A DNA stretch of 64,000 nucleotides from a virus. The notes under the pieces were generated by a model. That model saw nothing but the letters and a program-made list of their open reading frames with translations. It made no database searches and was not told where the DNA came from. Location of the stretch: IMG/VR virus record IMGVR_UViG_3300045988_073134; one strand, 5' to 3'. The position numbers and the translations under genes are program-made. Positions 34,737-43,396 of the stretch are shown piece by piece; positions within the stretch are counted from its first letter, which is position 1; each line of letters starts with the position of its first letter.

Positions 34737-35351
34737 TTGGTCTTTAACTTTTTTAAAAAAATCTTTTACTACTCTTGATACATAAGCAGGTGATACACTG
34801 TACTGATATGCTATGTATGTACCTTTTATGCCACACAGATAATCTGCTATTATAGCACGTTGTTTGTCATTCTTCACGTTCTTTAATTCTTCTCTAATAA
34901 TTTCTTTTAACTCACGTACTAATGCACTAAGCTCTACATCTTCTTTACTTTCCAAATAATTCTCTAATGATGTGTATCTAATATGACCATGATGTTTGAG
35001 TTGTATATATCCATCTATGGATAATATCTTATATATATTTTGTTCACCATCTGTAGTATATCTATTATGTTTGTCTATTCTATTTCTGTACTGTCTTAAT
35101 TCTCTTTTTATTGAGGGATATGCAAAAGTTGTGAATAGTGTACCATATGAAGGGTCATAATGGTCTACACACTTCATTATACACTGCCATGCGACCTGGT
35201 ACAGCTCATCTCTATCATTGTATAATTTATATGGTTTTAATAGGGAATATACCATATTGTCTATGTACTGTGGTAATTCGTTTATCGCCTCTTTATCTCC
35301 GTTTTTATATCTCATAACAATTTCCTGGCACTTATTTCCATTATTACTCAT
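34725..35351 (-). CDS. Sigma-70 family sigma factor (phage-encoded, second copy)
   Basis: Region 2-like DELYQVAWQCIMKCVDHYDPSYGTLFTTFAYPSIKRELRQY and region 4 HTH YIAYQYSVSPAYVSRVVKDF. Confidence 0.7.
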   Translation of the reverse strand: MSNNGNKCQEIVMRYKNGDKEAINELPQYIDNMVYSLLKPYKLYNDRDELYQVAWQCIMKCVDHYDPSYGTLFTTFAYPSIKRELRQYRNRIDKHNRYTTDGEQNIYKILSIDGYIQLKHHGHIRYTSLENYLESKEDVELSALVRELKEIIREELKNVKNDKQRAIIADYLCGIKGTYIAYQYSVSPAYVSRVVKDFFKKVKDQVSE

Positions 35352-36510
35352 CTAACATCACCTCATTTAGTCTAGTTAATAACTCATGTACCACGTCTTC
35401 ATGTTCATGTAGATAATTAATAAATCTAGTCATACCTTGGAAGTTCAGTTCATTCCCTTCTTTATCTAATACTATATTACCTTGCTCATCTATTACTCTA
35501 TACCAAGAACCTGCTTGTTGTACTATTTTATAAAACATACAAACATTAATCATATCGTATAGTGTATCTACACCCTCTAAGTATTTTAATGTGTAATATC
35601 CTAATCTTCTATTTGGTTTGCATACTTTAGTTTTTATTATCTCCATGCCAACTCTGTTGCCGGCAGGATTTTCAGCTTTACTACTCAACTCTTTATTATT
35701 CTCATCTAATAATGTATCTTTTCTAAATCTTATTCTTAAACTACAAGCATGTTTCCATCCTTTTCCTCCAGGTGTGCTTATAGTACTGAACATACTACCT
35801 AAGTCTTCACGTATTTGATTAATTCCTATGAACGCACATTGATTTACTGTTAAATGAGGTAAAATTTTACTACAAAATACAGTTAGTGGTTGAGATACAC
35901 CACCATACGCTTTCTTTTCCATACTCTCATCAAATATTTGTTGAGGAACTAGACATGGTATACTGTCTAATACACATAAACCTACATTGCCAGTTGATAT
36001 TAATTCAATTATTATTTGTAGTACCTGTTCAGCAGTCTGTTCTTGTGGTCTTACTAATATCATCTTCTCTGTATCTACTCCAAGTAACTTAGCCCATTCA
36101 GTATCCAATGTTTGTTCTGTATCTATGTATAATACTAATTTTTCTCCTTTTTCTTGTACTTTATCTAATTCTGCACTCAACTTATTAAGTTCCTTTTGAG
36201 ATTGTTTTGTATTAGTTTGTTGTAATAGTTCTATCTGTTGTATCAATTCACCAACTTTTTTACTATACACCTCAGCAAATTTCTTTTGTGCATTACCACA
36301 AATATCAAGAGCAGATGTTGTTTTTCCTCCACCTTCACCTCCAAAGAACTCAGTTATTTTTCCAATTGGTATTCCTCCATATGTCATATAGTTTGCCATA
36401 GGTGAACTAAAAGGTATTTTATCTACCTCTATTATGTCAGTACCTCGTTGTATTATATCTGCACCAAATTTTTTATTTAATGCAGCCATTTTTAAATCTA
36501 TTTCTCTCAT
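35344..36510 (-). CDS. recA: RecA-family recombinase
   Basis: The N-terminus LNKKFGADII resembles RecA. Walker A FGGEGGGKTT, Walker B-like GLCVLDS, and a coiled-coil insertion. Confidence 0.75.
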   Translation of the reverse strand: MREIDLKMAALNKKFGADIIQRGTDIIEVDKIPFSSPMANYMTYGGIPIGKITEFFGGEGGGKTTSALDICGNAQKKFAEVYSKKVGELIQQIELLQQTNTKQSQKELNKLSAELDKVQEKGEKLVLYIDTEQTLDTEWAKLLGVDTEKMILVRPQEQTAEQVLQIIIELISTGNVGLCVLDSIPCLVPQQIFDESMEKKAYGGVSQPLTVFCSKILPHLTVNQCAFIGINQIREDLGSMFSTISTPGGKGWKHACSLRIRFRKDTLLDENNKELSSKAENPAGNRVGMEIIKTKVCKPNRRLGYYTLKYLEGVDTLYDMINVCMFYKIVQQAGSWYRVIDEQGNIVLDKEGNELNFQGMTRFINYLHEHEDVVHELLTRLNEVMLDE

Positions 36511-36511
36511 A

Positions 36512-36988
36512 TTAATACATCTCCTTATTAGTTTCTTGGTATTCTTTGTATAGTTCTCTTACTTTGTCTCTAGATTTAGGGTCATGCTCCACGGGAACCA
36601 CTTCTCTATTCTTACAATCTCCTTTTATAAAATCATATATAAAATCATCTCTAAAACCTATTTCTTCAGCATCTTTTACATCACCAGCATATATCACTTT
36701 ATCCAAGTTAGCCCATATTATTGCAGCCATACACATTGGACAAGGATACCCAGTTGCATATAGAGTATATCCTGTCAAATCAAAAGTATTTAGTATCTTA
36801 CACGCAGTTCTTATAGCACATATCTCAGCATGAGCAGTTGGGTCATTATTACCTAATACATGATTACTATCTACACAAATTATTTCTCCAGTTTTACTAT
36901 TTACTATAGCAGCTCCAAAGGGACCTCCTATTCCTTTACTCATAGTCATTTTAGCTTGTTTAATTCCTAAATCCATTGGTTTACTCAT
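36512..36988 (-). CDS. CDA-fold deaminase, closest by eye to the guanine deaminase (GuaD) subfamily
   Basis: GIGGPFGAAIV, DPTAHAEICAIRTACK, YPCPMCMAAIIWA and the C-terminal GFRDDFIYDFI. These match my recollection of B. subtilis GuaD (GIGGPFGAVIV, DPTAHAEVTAIRKACK, EPCPMCLGAIYWA, GFDDSFIYKEI). Confidence 0.6.
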   Translation of the reverse strand: MSKPMDLGIKQAKMTMSKGIGGPFGAAIVNSKTGEIICVDSNHVLGNNDPTAHAEICAIRTACKILNTFDLTGYTLYATGYPCPMCMAAIIWANLDKVIYAGDVKDAEEIGFRDDFIYDFIKGDCKNREVVPVEHDPKSRDKVRELYKEYQETNKEMY

Positions 36989-37018
36989 ACTTATCACTCC
37001 TTACAGTTTATTTATCTT

Positions 37019-37055
37019 ACATATATAGTATAGAAAAAGTGGGTGATTTACTAAC
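37019..37055 (-). promoter_or_regulatory. Phage promoter motif, copy 6
   Basis: acatatatagtatagaaaaagtgggtgatttactaac, 31 nt upstream of ATG 36988. The -35 lies in the loop of terminator hairpin 37038-37063. Confidence 0.7.
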
Positions 37056-37063
37056 CACCCACT
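37033..37063 (-). terminator. Terminator hairpin whose loop carries the -35 element of promoter copy 6
   Basis: The minus strand reads AGTGGGTG-GTTAGTAAAT-CACCCACT followed by TTTTT, which runs into the -10 region. Confidence 0.6.
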
Positions 37064-37068
37064 TTGTT

Positions 37069-37662
37069 TTATTTACCAGTAGTATATTTAAAAATATATC
37101 CACCTGTAGAGTTCCATACACCATTACATACATCCACAATATACTGTCGTTTAATACCTGTTTGTTTGGAGGTTTCACCTGCATTAATAAACGTTTTAAC
37201 GTATTGTCCTTGTTTGGTATACATCTCTACGGGTTTTAAATCGCGTTCCCAACGTTTTTTACTCATATTTGATAAATGTTCTTTACTACTATAATCTCTG
37301 TTCCCACATTCTAAGGCGTGTATATTATTATGTTGTACCGTACACCATTCTAAATTTTCTACTCGATTATCATCTCTTATACTATTAATATGATTAACTA
37401 CGGGCAGATTATTTGGGTTAGGTATAAAGGTCATTGCAACTAATCTATGCACTTGGTAGTAATAACATTTACCTTCCTTATATAAATTTACTTTTAAATA
37501 ACCATCCTTACTATATGGCAAGTGCATCCAATGTTTTCGTTTAACACCATATATTTTCCCATCTCTTGTTATTTTATATAGACCTTCAAAACCAGGTATA
37601 TCATATAATTGATTATCGATTCGTAGTTCCATAACCGCCTCTATCTGGGTTGCCAAGCTCAT
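37069..37662 (-). CDS. HNH homing endonuclease (NUMOD4/HNH_3-like), free-standing
   Basis: IPGFEGLYKITRDGKIYG, VHRLVAMTFIPNPNNLPVVNHINSIRDDNRVENLEWCTVQHN. It overlaps the dut 3-prime end; ATG 37632 is an alternative start. Confidence 0.8.
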   Translation of the reverse strand: MSLATQIEAVMELRIDNQLYDIPGFEGLYKITRDGKIYGVKRKHWMHLPYSKDGYLKVNLYKEGKCYYYQVHRLVAMTFIPNPNNLPVVNHINSIRDDNRVENLEWCTVQHNNIHALECGNRDYSSKEHLSNMSKKRWERDLKPVEMYTKQGQYVKTFINAGETSKQTGIKRQYIVDVCNGVWNSTGGYIFKYTTGK

Positions 37663-38071
37663 CCACCTCCTCTATGTCTAAAGGAGTACTTTTTTTCACA
37701 CTTATCTGAACTAATCTATCACCTTTTTTAAATGCTCCATATCTAGTACTATAAAACATTGCTAACCATTCATCATTATCTCCACAATACGTATCATCAA
37801 CTAATCCCATGCTATTAGTAAGTAATAGACCAGTATTTTTAAAGGTGCTACTACGTGGTAGTATATACCCCTCGTAGCCTTTTCCCATGTCCATTGCAAA
37901 TCCTAAATTGACTACTATTATATCTCCAGGTGAGAACCTTATTATATTACCTGTAGGTTCCACACCATTCACACTTGCAGTACGTACATAACAGTCATAC
38001 CAATTACCATTTTTACTTTGTGGAGCTTTACCTCCTTCAAATAATCTTACTTTTACTTTTTTATTTGCCAT
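37613..38071 (-). CDS. dut: dUTPase
   Basis: 152 aa. Motifs GYEGYILPRSS, GLVDDTYCGDNDEW and the C-terminal RGGYGTT. Confidence 0.75.
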   Translation of the reverse strand: MANKKVKVRLFEGGKAPQSKNGNWYDCYVRTASVNGVEPTGNIIRFSPGDIIVVNLGFAMDMGKGYEGYILPRSSTFKNTGLLLTNSMGLVDDTYCGDNDEWLAMFYSTRYGAFKKGDRLVQISVKKSTPLDIEEVDELGNPDRGGYGTTNR

Positions 38072-38580
38072 TAATAATCCCTCCCATTGGCCATCATATT
38101 ATTTCTTGTTACATTAAATTCATTAAGTCTCAAGTTCATTAATTTCTTCAAGCTACTGTGTAGCATATCTGCTATATCTAATTTCTTCTCACATTGTTTA
38201 TACACTCTTATATATATGTCTTCAATAAATTGTTCTTCTTCCACCATTAGTTGAGCATCACTTGTTTTAGCTGCCACTGTACTCTCATCACTGTGCATAT
38301 AAGCAGTGTTAAAACGTGTTTTCTTTTGAGTCTTAGCTGCATCAACTCTAACTCCTAGTACCTGCATTTTATCTATTAGTTCATACATCAACACTGGTAA
38401 TAGTGCTATATATTTCTCTAAGTCATCATTACTTAGTGTAGAGGTATTTTGTAGTAGTTCTTTAACTTCATATATGCAATCATCCAATGTACTTGTATAT
38501 TTTTCACTAATAGTTAATGCAGTATTAACTACATCACCACATTGTTTATTGAACTCTTTTATAATATCTAATTTACTCAT
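38071..38580 (-). CDS. Hypothetical helical protein
   Basis: ATG 38580 lies 9 nt after GAAGGAG. No recognisable motif. Confidence 0.5.
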   Translation of the reverse strand: MSKLDIIKEFNKQCGDVVNTALTISEKYTSTLDDCIYEVKELLQNTSTLSNDDLEKYIALLPVLMYELIDKMQVLGVRVDAAKTQKKTRFNTAYMHSDESTVAAKTSDAQLMVEEEQFIEDIYIRVYKQCEKKLDIADMLHSSLKKLMNLRLNEFNVTRNNMMANGRDY

Positions 38581-39058
38581 TATCAGCACACTCCTTCAAT
38601 TGAGCCATTAAGAATATTCTACTGTTAAAAGTTTCCTTGTCCAGTTTAAAATTTATCCTTTGGTATTCCACCGGTAGTCTACAAACACTAACTATTACTG
38701 CACAATCATGTATAGTTAAACTTTGCTTATTGTTTGCTATTGTTCTTTTTATAGTACTCCAGGGTATCATATATACTTCTTTATAATCTCTGAACTCAAC
38801 AACTACCATTGGATTACAGCCTTTTATATGGCTGTAAAAATCCAATTGTTCCTTTTGATTGTCGGTTATATTGCTAAAATCAAATCTACTACCTTTTACA
38901 CTTTTTAACTCAAATAAGTACTGATAAGGGTATCTGTAATAGATAAAATCACAAGGATTCTTTACTCCTGCATATCCATTAGTAGTATCATATAATCTCA
39001 CTAATTCTTTTCCGACTCCCTTCTTAAAGTTATTCTCGAATTTCTTTCCATAGTTCAT
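38573..39058 (-). CDS. recU: RecU-like Holliday junction resolvase
   Basis: GKKFENNF..., DFIYYRYPYQYLFELKS (D...E.K) and ITDNQKEQL motifs. ATG 39058 lies 6 nt after AAGGAGG. Confidence 0.6.
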   Translation of the reverse strand: MNYGKKFENNFKKGVGKELVRLYDTTNGYAGVKNPCDFIYYRYPYQYLFELKSVKGSRFDFSNITDNQKEQLDFYSHIKGCNPMVVVEFRDYKEVYMIPWSTIKRTIANNKQSLTIHDCAVIVSVCRLPVEYQRINFKLDKETFNSRIFLMAQLKECADNE

Positions 39059-39824
39059 TGGCATCCTCCTTAGCACAGATAGTTTTATATTTACAGTACG
39101 TGCATTTCGGCTCTTTTGGTGGTACTACATTCAATCTCACACAGTCATCTACGTACTGTATAGTATCTTCTATGTTCTCAATCATTTCTTTTGGTACTTC
39201 AAATAAATAACCTTTTTTACTACAATTATCTCTATTCTCATAGATGAATATTACTTTTGGTACGCCTATACACATAGAATAACAAGCTGCTTGTAGTTTA
39301 TGTGCTTGATGTGGTCCCTCGTGTGAGTTATATTTATGTGTACTCTCAGTTTTAATCTCTATTATATAGTACTCTCCTTTATAGTTCACTAATCCATCAC
39401 ACATAAATCTCATATTATATTTCTTACTGAATAACTTAGTTTCATTTCCTTCTTGAGATACCACCTGAGGGTCAGTAATTCCTTGTCTGTGTAAATACTC
39501 AGCTACATTAATCCATTTACAATTATTAGTGTATTTTGCCATTTGTTGTATATAATCTTGTATTGTCTCATGTCTATCAGTTCCACTCTCACAGATACCG
39601 ATTAAATTTAATCCACTACTTTGTTCATCTGGTTGAGCACCTATCATCTGATAATATAGACCTCTCTTACAACCTGCTATCCCACTAGGTTTATAAGACC
39701 TAGTTGGGATATAATCACTTTCATTCTCCTTCTCTATTGTATATATTAAGTCATTCACAAACTGTTGGGCAATCTCATTACTCTTTTCAGCTCTGACCAT
39801 TTTGGCTATTTTATTCAACTTCAT
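39030..39824 (-). CDS. Cas4/RecB-like PD-(D/E)XK exonuclease with a 4-Cys (Fe-S type) signature
   Basis: An N-terminal Cys (GIAGCKRGLYY) plus the C-terminal C-x2-C-x5-C (CTYCKYKTIC). The core is DGLVNYKGEYYIIEIKT. ATG 39824 follows GGAGGTTTCAT. Confidence 0.65.
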   Translation of the reverse strand: MKLNKIAKMVRAEKSNEIAQQFVNDLIYTIEKENESDYIPTRSYKPSGIAGCKRGLYYQMIGAQPDEQSSGLNLIGICESGTDRHETIQDYIQQMAKYTNNCKWINVAEYLHRQGITDPQVVSQEGNETKLFSKKYNMRFMCDGLVNYKGEYYIIEIKTESTHKYNSHEGPHQAHKLQAACYSMCIGVPKVIFIYENRDNCSKKGYLFEVPKEMIENIEDTIQYVDDCVRLNVVPPKEPKCTYCKYKTICAKEDANELWKEIRE

Positions 39825-39834
39825 ATGAAACCTC

Positions 39835-40893
39835 CTATTCTTCATCGGCAGTTGCCAACAACATTATACTATCTTTAGTTTGTAGTTTAAGTGTTTCCTC
39901 TGCCCCAAATTCTATAGTTACATTAGGTTCATCTACTGCACTAAATAAGTCCTTCATATAAGCGCTATTTACACTGATAATAAATGGCTCTGATAAATCT
40001 ATCGGCTTAGTATATTCAATCACCTCTAGGGACTTACTAGAAGTTGATATGACCATATTAGTTTCACTAAATACTAAATCTATAATACCTTTATCGTATA
40101 TACCTATAAATAAATCTAATCTATCTAATGCTTGTAAAACTTGCTTAACGTCTACTTCACAAGTATGAGGATAATTACTAGTCAATAATGGAAATACATC
40201 GGGATACTCATCTGCTCCCTCTTGTAAGGCTCCAGTAATAGTTATATTTTGTCCTACCGCTCTCAATGTTGAGCAATCTTTATCTACCATAAATTTTATG
40301 TTCTCAACATCTATTGATTGTAATAAGTTTGCTAATGTTGGAGGTATTAATAATTCTATTTCTTCTAAATCTTTACCGTCTAACTCAGTACTATATACTT
40401 TTATTGCATCAGCAGTAACTATCTCACTATCTCTTACTAAGTAACTAAATAATACACCATCTGTTGGTACATTACTCTTAGCTTTAGCGCCACTAGTTAT
40501 TGCATTACTTAAAGTTGTATAAGTTATAGTAAATTCCTTATCAACATCTATGTCTAAAGTTGGGTAAACTTCATCATTAACTATTTCAACTTTGTAATTA
40601 CCATTACCTTTTACTTCTAAGTAGTTATCTGTCAATTTAAGTGTCACTGTATCTTTAGTAGTTTTATTAATTAATTTACTAAATTGGTCAGCTTTTACTA
40701 TAACTGACATGTTCTCATCACATTCTGTTGGGTGATTAATTGTTATGAAGTTTATGCCGTCTGTTGCTCTCAATGATAATCCTTCTACACTAAAATCTAA
40801 CTCATAGTAATTAGTTATTTCTAATATTTTACTTGGTTTACAACTACTTACCGCTTTCAACATATCTTTTAATATACTTGTATTTACTTTCAT
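39835..40893 (-). CDS. dnaN: DNA polymerase sliding clamp, bacterial beta (DnaN)-like
   Basis: 352 aa. The N-terminus MKVNTSILKDMLKAVSSCKPSKILEITNYYELDFSVEGLSLRATDG shows the DnaN-like three-domain length and pattern. The phage also encodes a clamp loader. Confidence 0.7.
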   Translation of the reverse strand: MKVNTSILKDMLKAVSSCKPSKILEITNYYELDFSVEGLSLRATDGINFITINHPTECDENMSVIVKADQFSKLINKTTKDTVTLKLTDNYLEVKGNGNYKVEIVNDEVYPTLDIDVDKEFTITYTTLSNAITSGAKAKSNVPTDGVLFSYLVRDSEIVTADAIKVYSTELDGKDLEEIELLIPPTLANLLQSIDVENIKFMVDKDCSTLRAVGQNITITGALQEGADEYPDVFPLLTSNYPHTCEVDVKQVLQALDRLDLFIGIYDKGIIDLVFSETNMVISTSSKSLEVIEYTKPIDLSEPFIISVNSAYMKDLFSAVDEPNVTIEFGAEETLKLQTKDSIMLLATADEE

Positions 40894-40904
40894 AATTTTC
40901 CCTC

Positions 40905-41816
40905 CTAAAATAATCTTTTTTGGTATCTGTTATTACCTTTATATTTATAGTTATCTGCCCAATCTTTAAAGTAATTTATATTGTATAATTGTCTACTCTC
41001 TTGGTTTTCCATACATTGCTCTATTGATGTTCCATATGAAACGCATTGCTCATCTATTTGTCTCTGTACTAACTGTGGTAATTTATTGTAATGACTGACT
41101 TTGTGTTGTACTTTTGGTGATACACATATTCTACCATATTTGGTACATAACTCTCCATTTATTGCAGCCATTAACCACGTTGTACTGTCTGCACTCTCAA
41201 AGGGATAATTTTCTAATATGTCTAAGTTAGTCATCCCAAACGCATGAACTTTTACTTTTGGATTCTTACTTTGTTGTATAATCTTAAAACATTGTTTATA
41301 CCAATCTTCTTTTACTGAGCTGGCCAATCCAACAGTTCCACCAAGTCCTATATATGGAATATGTTTCCCATGAAACGTTGCCTCTAACATATTTTGTAGA
41401 TGTCTAAAGTCTTCTCCAATATGAAATACTGGTAATAATTTGTCTTTGTCTCTTACTTGCTCTCTCATATATAAATAATTGTGCCATGACTTCTCAGGCG
41501 ATTCACGTTGCTCTAATAATGTAGGTTTTCTTTTTAACTCACCTGGAATGTCATCTACACTTGCAAACAAAGTAAATTTGTCTGTATTATCATTTATAAA
41601 CTTTATATAATCTTCTACGTCTATATGTTTATTTTTACTCCAAGCACTGTATGCTCCCGAGTCTATAAATAACTTATTATTGGACATTACTTCTAAAAAC
41701 TTCATTATAACTTTTCTGTCATTTATTTGTGAAAATAGTACATCACATTCTCTTTTTATTATTATGTCATTCTGAGTATTTACTTTACTTCCCGCTAAAT
41801 ATAAGTTAAAACTCAT
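40905..41816 (-). CDS. dpdA: DpdA-like DNA-guanine transglycosylase, paralogue 1
   Basis: 303 aa. The TGT-superfamily-like motifs FIDSGAYSAW and ESADSTTW are present. It is adjacent to folE-queE-queD-queC. The C-terminus is KYKGNNRYQKRLF. Confidence 0.7.
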   Translation of the reverse strand: MSFNLYLAGSKVNTQNDIIIKRECDVLFSQINDRKVIMKFLEVMSNNKLFIDSGAYSAWSKNKHIDVEDYIKFINDNTDKFTLFASVDDIPGELKRKPTLLEQRESPEKSWHNYLYMREQVRDKDKLLPVFHIGEDFRHLQNMLEATFHGKHIPYIGLGGTVGLASSVKEDWYKQCFKIIQQSKNPKVKVHAFGMTNLDILENYPFESADSTTWLMAAINGELCTKYGRICVSPKVQHKVSHYNKLPQLVQRQIDEQCVSYGTSIEQCMENQESRQLYNINYFKDWADNYKYKGNNRYQKRLF

Positions 41817-41828
41817 TCAGCTCACCTC

Positions 41829-42752
41829 CTAAAATAATCTCTTTTGAAACCTATTGTTACCTTTGTATTTATACTTATCTGCCCAGTTTTGTATATAATG
41901 AATATTAACAACAGTTCTCAAGTTAGTATTTTCTACACATTCTTCTAATGTCAAATTACATTCAGCTATTTGTGCTTCCACTTGTTTCTGTACATCTTTT
42001 GGTAATTTTAATATGTGGTTAGGTCTGTGTTGAGCAGAATTAGATAATCCTACAACACCATATTTTGTAAGAATATTTCCATTAATTGCCAACATCATCC
42101 AGGTAGTACTATCAGCACTTGTAAATGGATAATTCTCTAATATATTCAAACTAGTCATTCCAAAAGCATGTGTTTTTATATTTGGGTTATTACTCTCTTT
42201 TATTACTTTAAAACATTGTTTATACCAATTACTCTTTACTGAACTTGGTCTAACTCCAACTGTTCCTCCTAACGCTATATATGGTATATGTTTTCCGTCT
42301 AATATTGTATTACACATATTACTCAGATGTTTAAAATCTTCTCCCATATGAAAAACTGGTAATAATTTGTCGGGTTCTTTAACTCGCTCTCTCATATATA
42401 AATAATTTTCCCACGATAATAATGGAGATTGTTGTTTCTCTTTTAGTGTTGGTGTTCTCGTTAATTCTCCTGGTATATTATCTACACTAGCAAACAATGT
42501 TAACTCATTGGTATTCTCATTTAAATAATTTATATACTCATCTGTATCAATACTTTTACCTCTTGACCAGGCACTATATGCTCCACTATCTACAAATACT
42601 TTTGTACCTGGTTTTTCTTTAGCTTGTTGTAACCATAATTTTCCTCTACTCCTATCACGTAGTTGAGAATATAATCTACAACTTCCTCTTGCCATCATGG
42701 CTTCATCAGCTTCAATATCTCTCACTCCTGCGAAGTATAAATCAAAACTCAT
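41829..42752 (-). CDS. dpdA: DpdA-like DNA-guanine transglycosylase, paralogue 2
   Basis: 307 aa. FVDSGAYSAW and TSADSTTW motifs. Roughly half to two-thirds of residues are identical to paralogue 1 by eye. The two genes are separated by 12 nt. Confidence 0.7.
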   Translation of the reverse strand: MSFDLYFAGVRDIEADEAMMARGSCRLYSQLRDRSRGKLWLQQAKEKPGTKVFVDSGAYSAWSRGKSIDTDEYINYLNENTNELTLFASVDNIPGELTRTPTLKEKQQSPLLSWENYLYMRERVKEPDKLLPVFHMGEDFKHLSNMCNTILDGKHIPYIALGGTVGVRPSSVKSNWYKQCFKVIKESNNPNIKTHAFGMTSLNILENYPFTSADSTTWMMLAINGNILTKYGVVGLSNSAQHRPNHILKLPKDVQKQVEAQIAECNLTLEECVENTNLRTVVNIHYIQNWADKYKYKGNNRFQKRLF

Positions 42753-42773
42753 GTTATCAACTCCTTTTTAATT

Positions 42774-42810
42774 ACATATATAGTATATAAAAAGTGGCCA
42801 GTTTACTAAC
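42774..42810 (-). promoter_or_regulatory. Phage promoter motif, copy 7
   Basis: acatatatagtatataaaaagtggccagtttactaac, 22 nt upstream of dpdA paralogue 2. The -35 lies in a hairpin loop. Confidence 0.7.
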
Positions 42811-42817
42811 TGACCAC
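42787..42817 (-). terminator. Terminator hairpin whose loop carries the -35 element of promoter copy 7
   Basis: GTGGTCAG-TTAGTAAA-CTGGCCAC (one G.U pair on the minus RNA) followed by TTTT. Confidence 0.55.
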
Positions 42818-42825
42818 TTAATTTT

Positions 42826-43395
42826 TTATCTAAATAATTCATATGCTTCTTGTCTTAATTCAATATTAGTTTTAAATCTACCTCTTATAGTTGCAGTTCT
42901 TGTTTTAGCTCCACGAGATTTAATTCCTCTTGCAGTCATACAACTATGTTCACCTTCTACTACTACAATTATATCTTCTGTATCTAATATCATCTGTAGT
43001 ATATCAGCAATATCTTCTCCAATACGTTCTTGTAATTGTAGTCTCTTAGCTACCATGTCTGCCACTCTAGCAATTTTACTAAGTCCTATAACCTTTCCGT
43101 TTGCTATGTATCCAACACTGACAGTCATATTATACATTAATGCCAAGTGGTGTTCACAATAACTAAAAATTGGTATTTTAGATACAGTTACAAGGTCATC
43201 TGCTCCCTCATCATAAAAACATTTATCGAACATCTCAGCTATTTCTTCATTTGTATAGTTCATACCTTCAAATACTTCTTGATACATTTTAGCGACTCTT
43301 TTAGGAGTCTCTTTTAGTCCTGCTCTGTCTGGGTCATCTCCTAACGCCACTAATATATCTCTTACTGCACTTTCAATTTTCTTAGTATCTATCAT
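42826..43395 (-). CDS. folE: GTP cyclohydrolase I
   Basis: Motifs [21 protein letters not shown] and [13 protein letters not shown] 43395 follows AGAGGTG; the track start is a GTG at 43404. Confidence 0.85.
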   Translation of the reverse strand: MIDTKKIESAVRDILVALGDDPDRAGLKETPKRVAKMYQEVFEGMNYTNEEIAEMFDKCFYDEGADDLVTVSKIPIFSYCEHHLALMYNMTVSVGYIANGKVIGLSKIARVADMVAKRLQLQERIGEDIADILQMILDTEDIIVVVEGEHSCMTARGIKSRGAKTRTATIRGRFKTNIELRQEAYELFR

Positions 43396-43396
43396 A

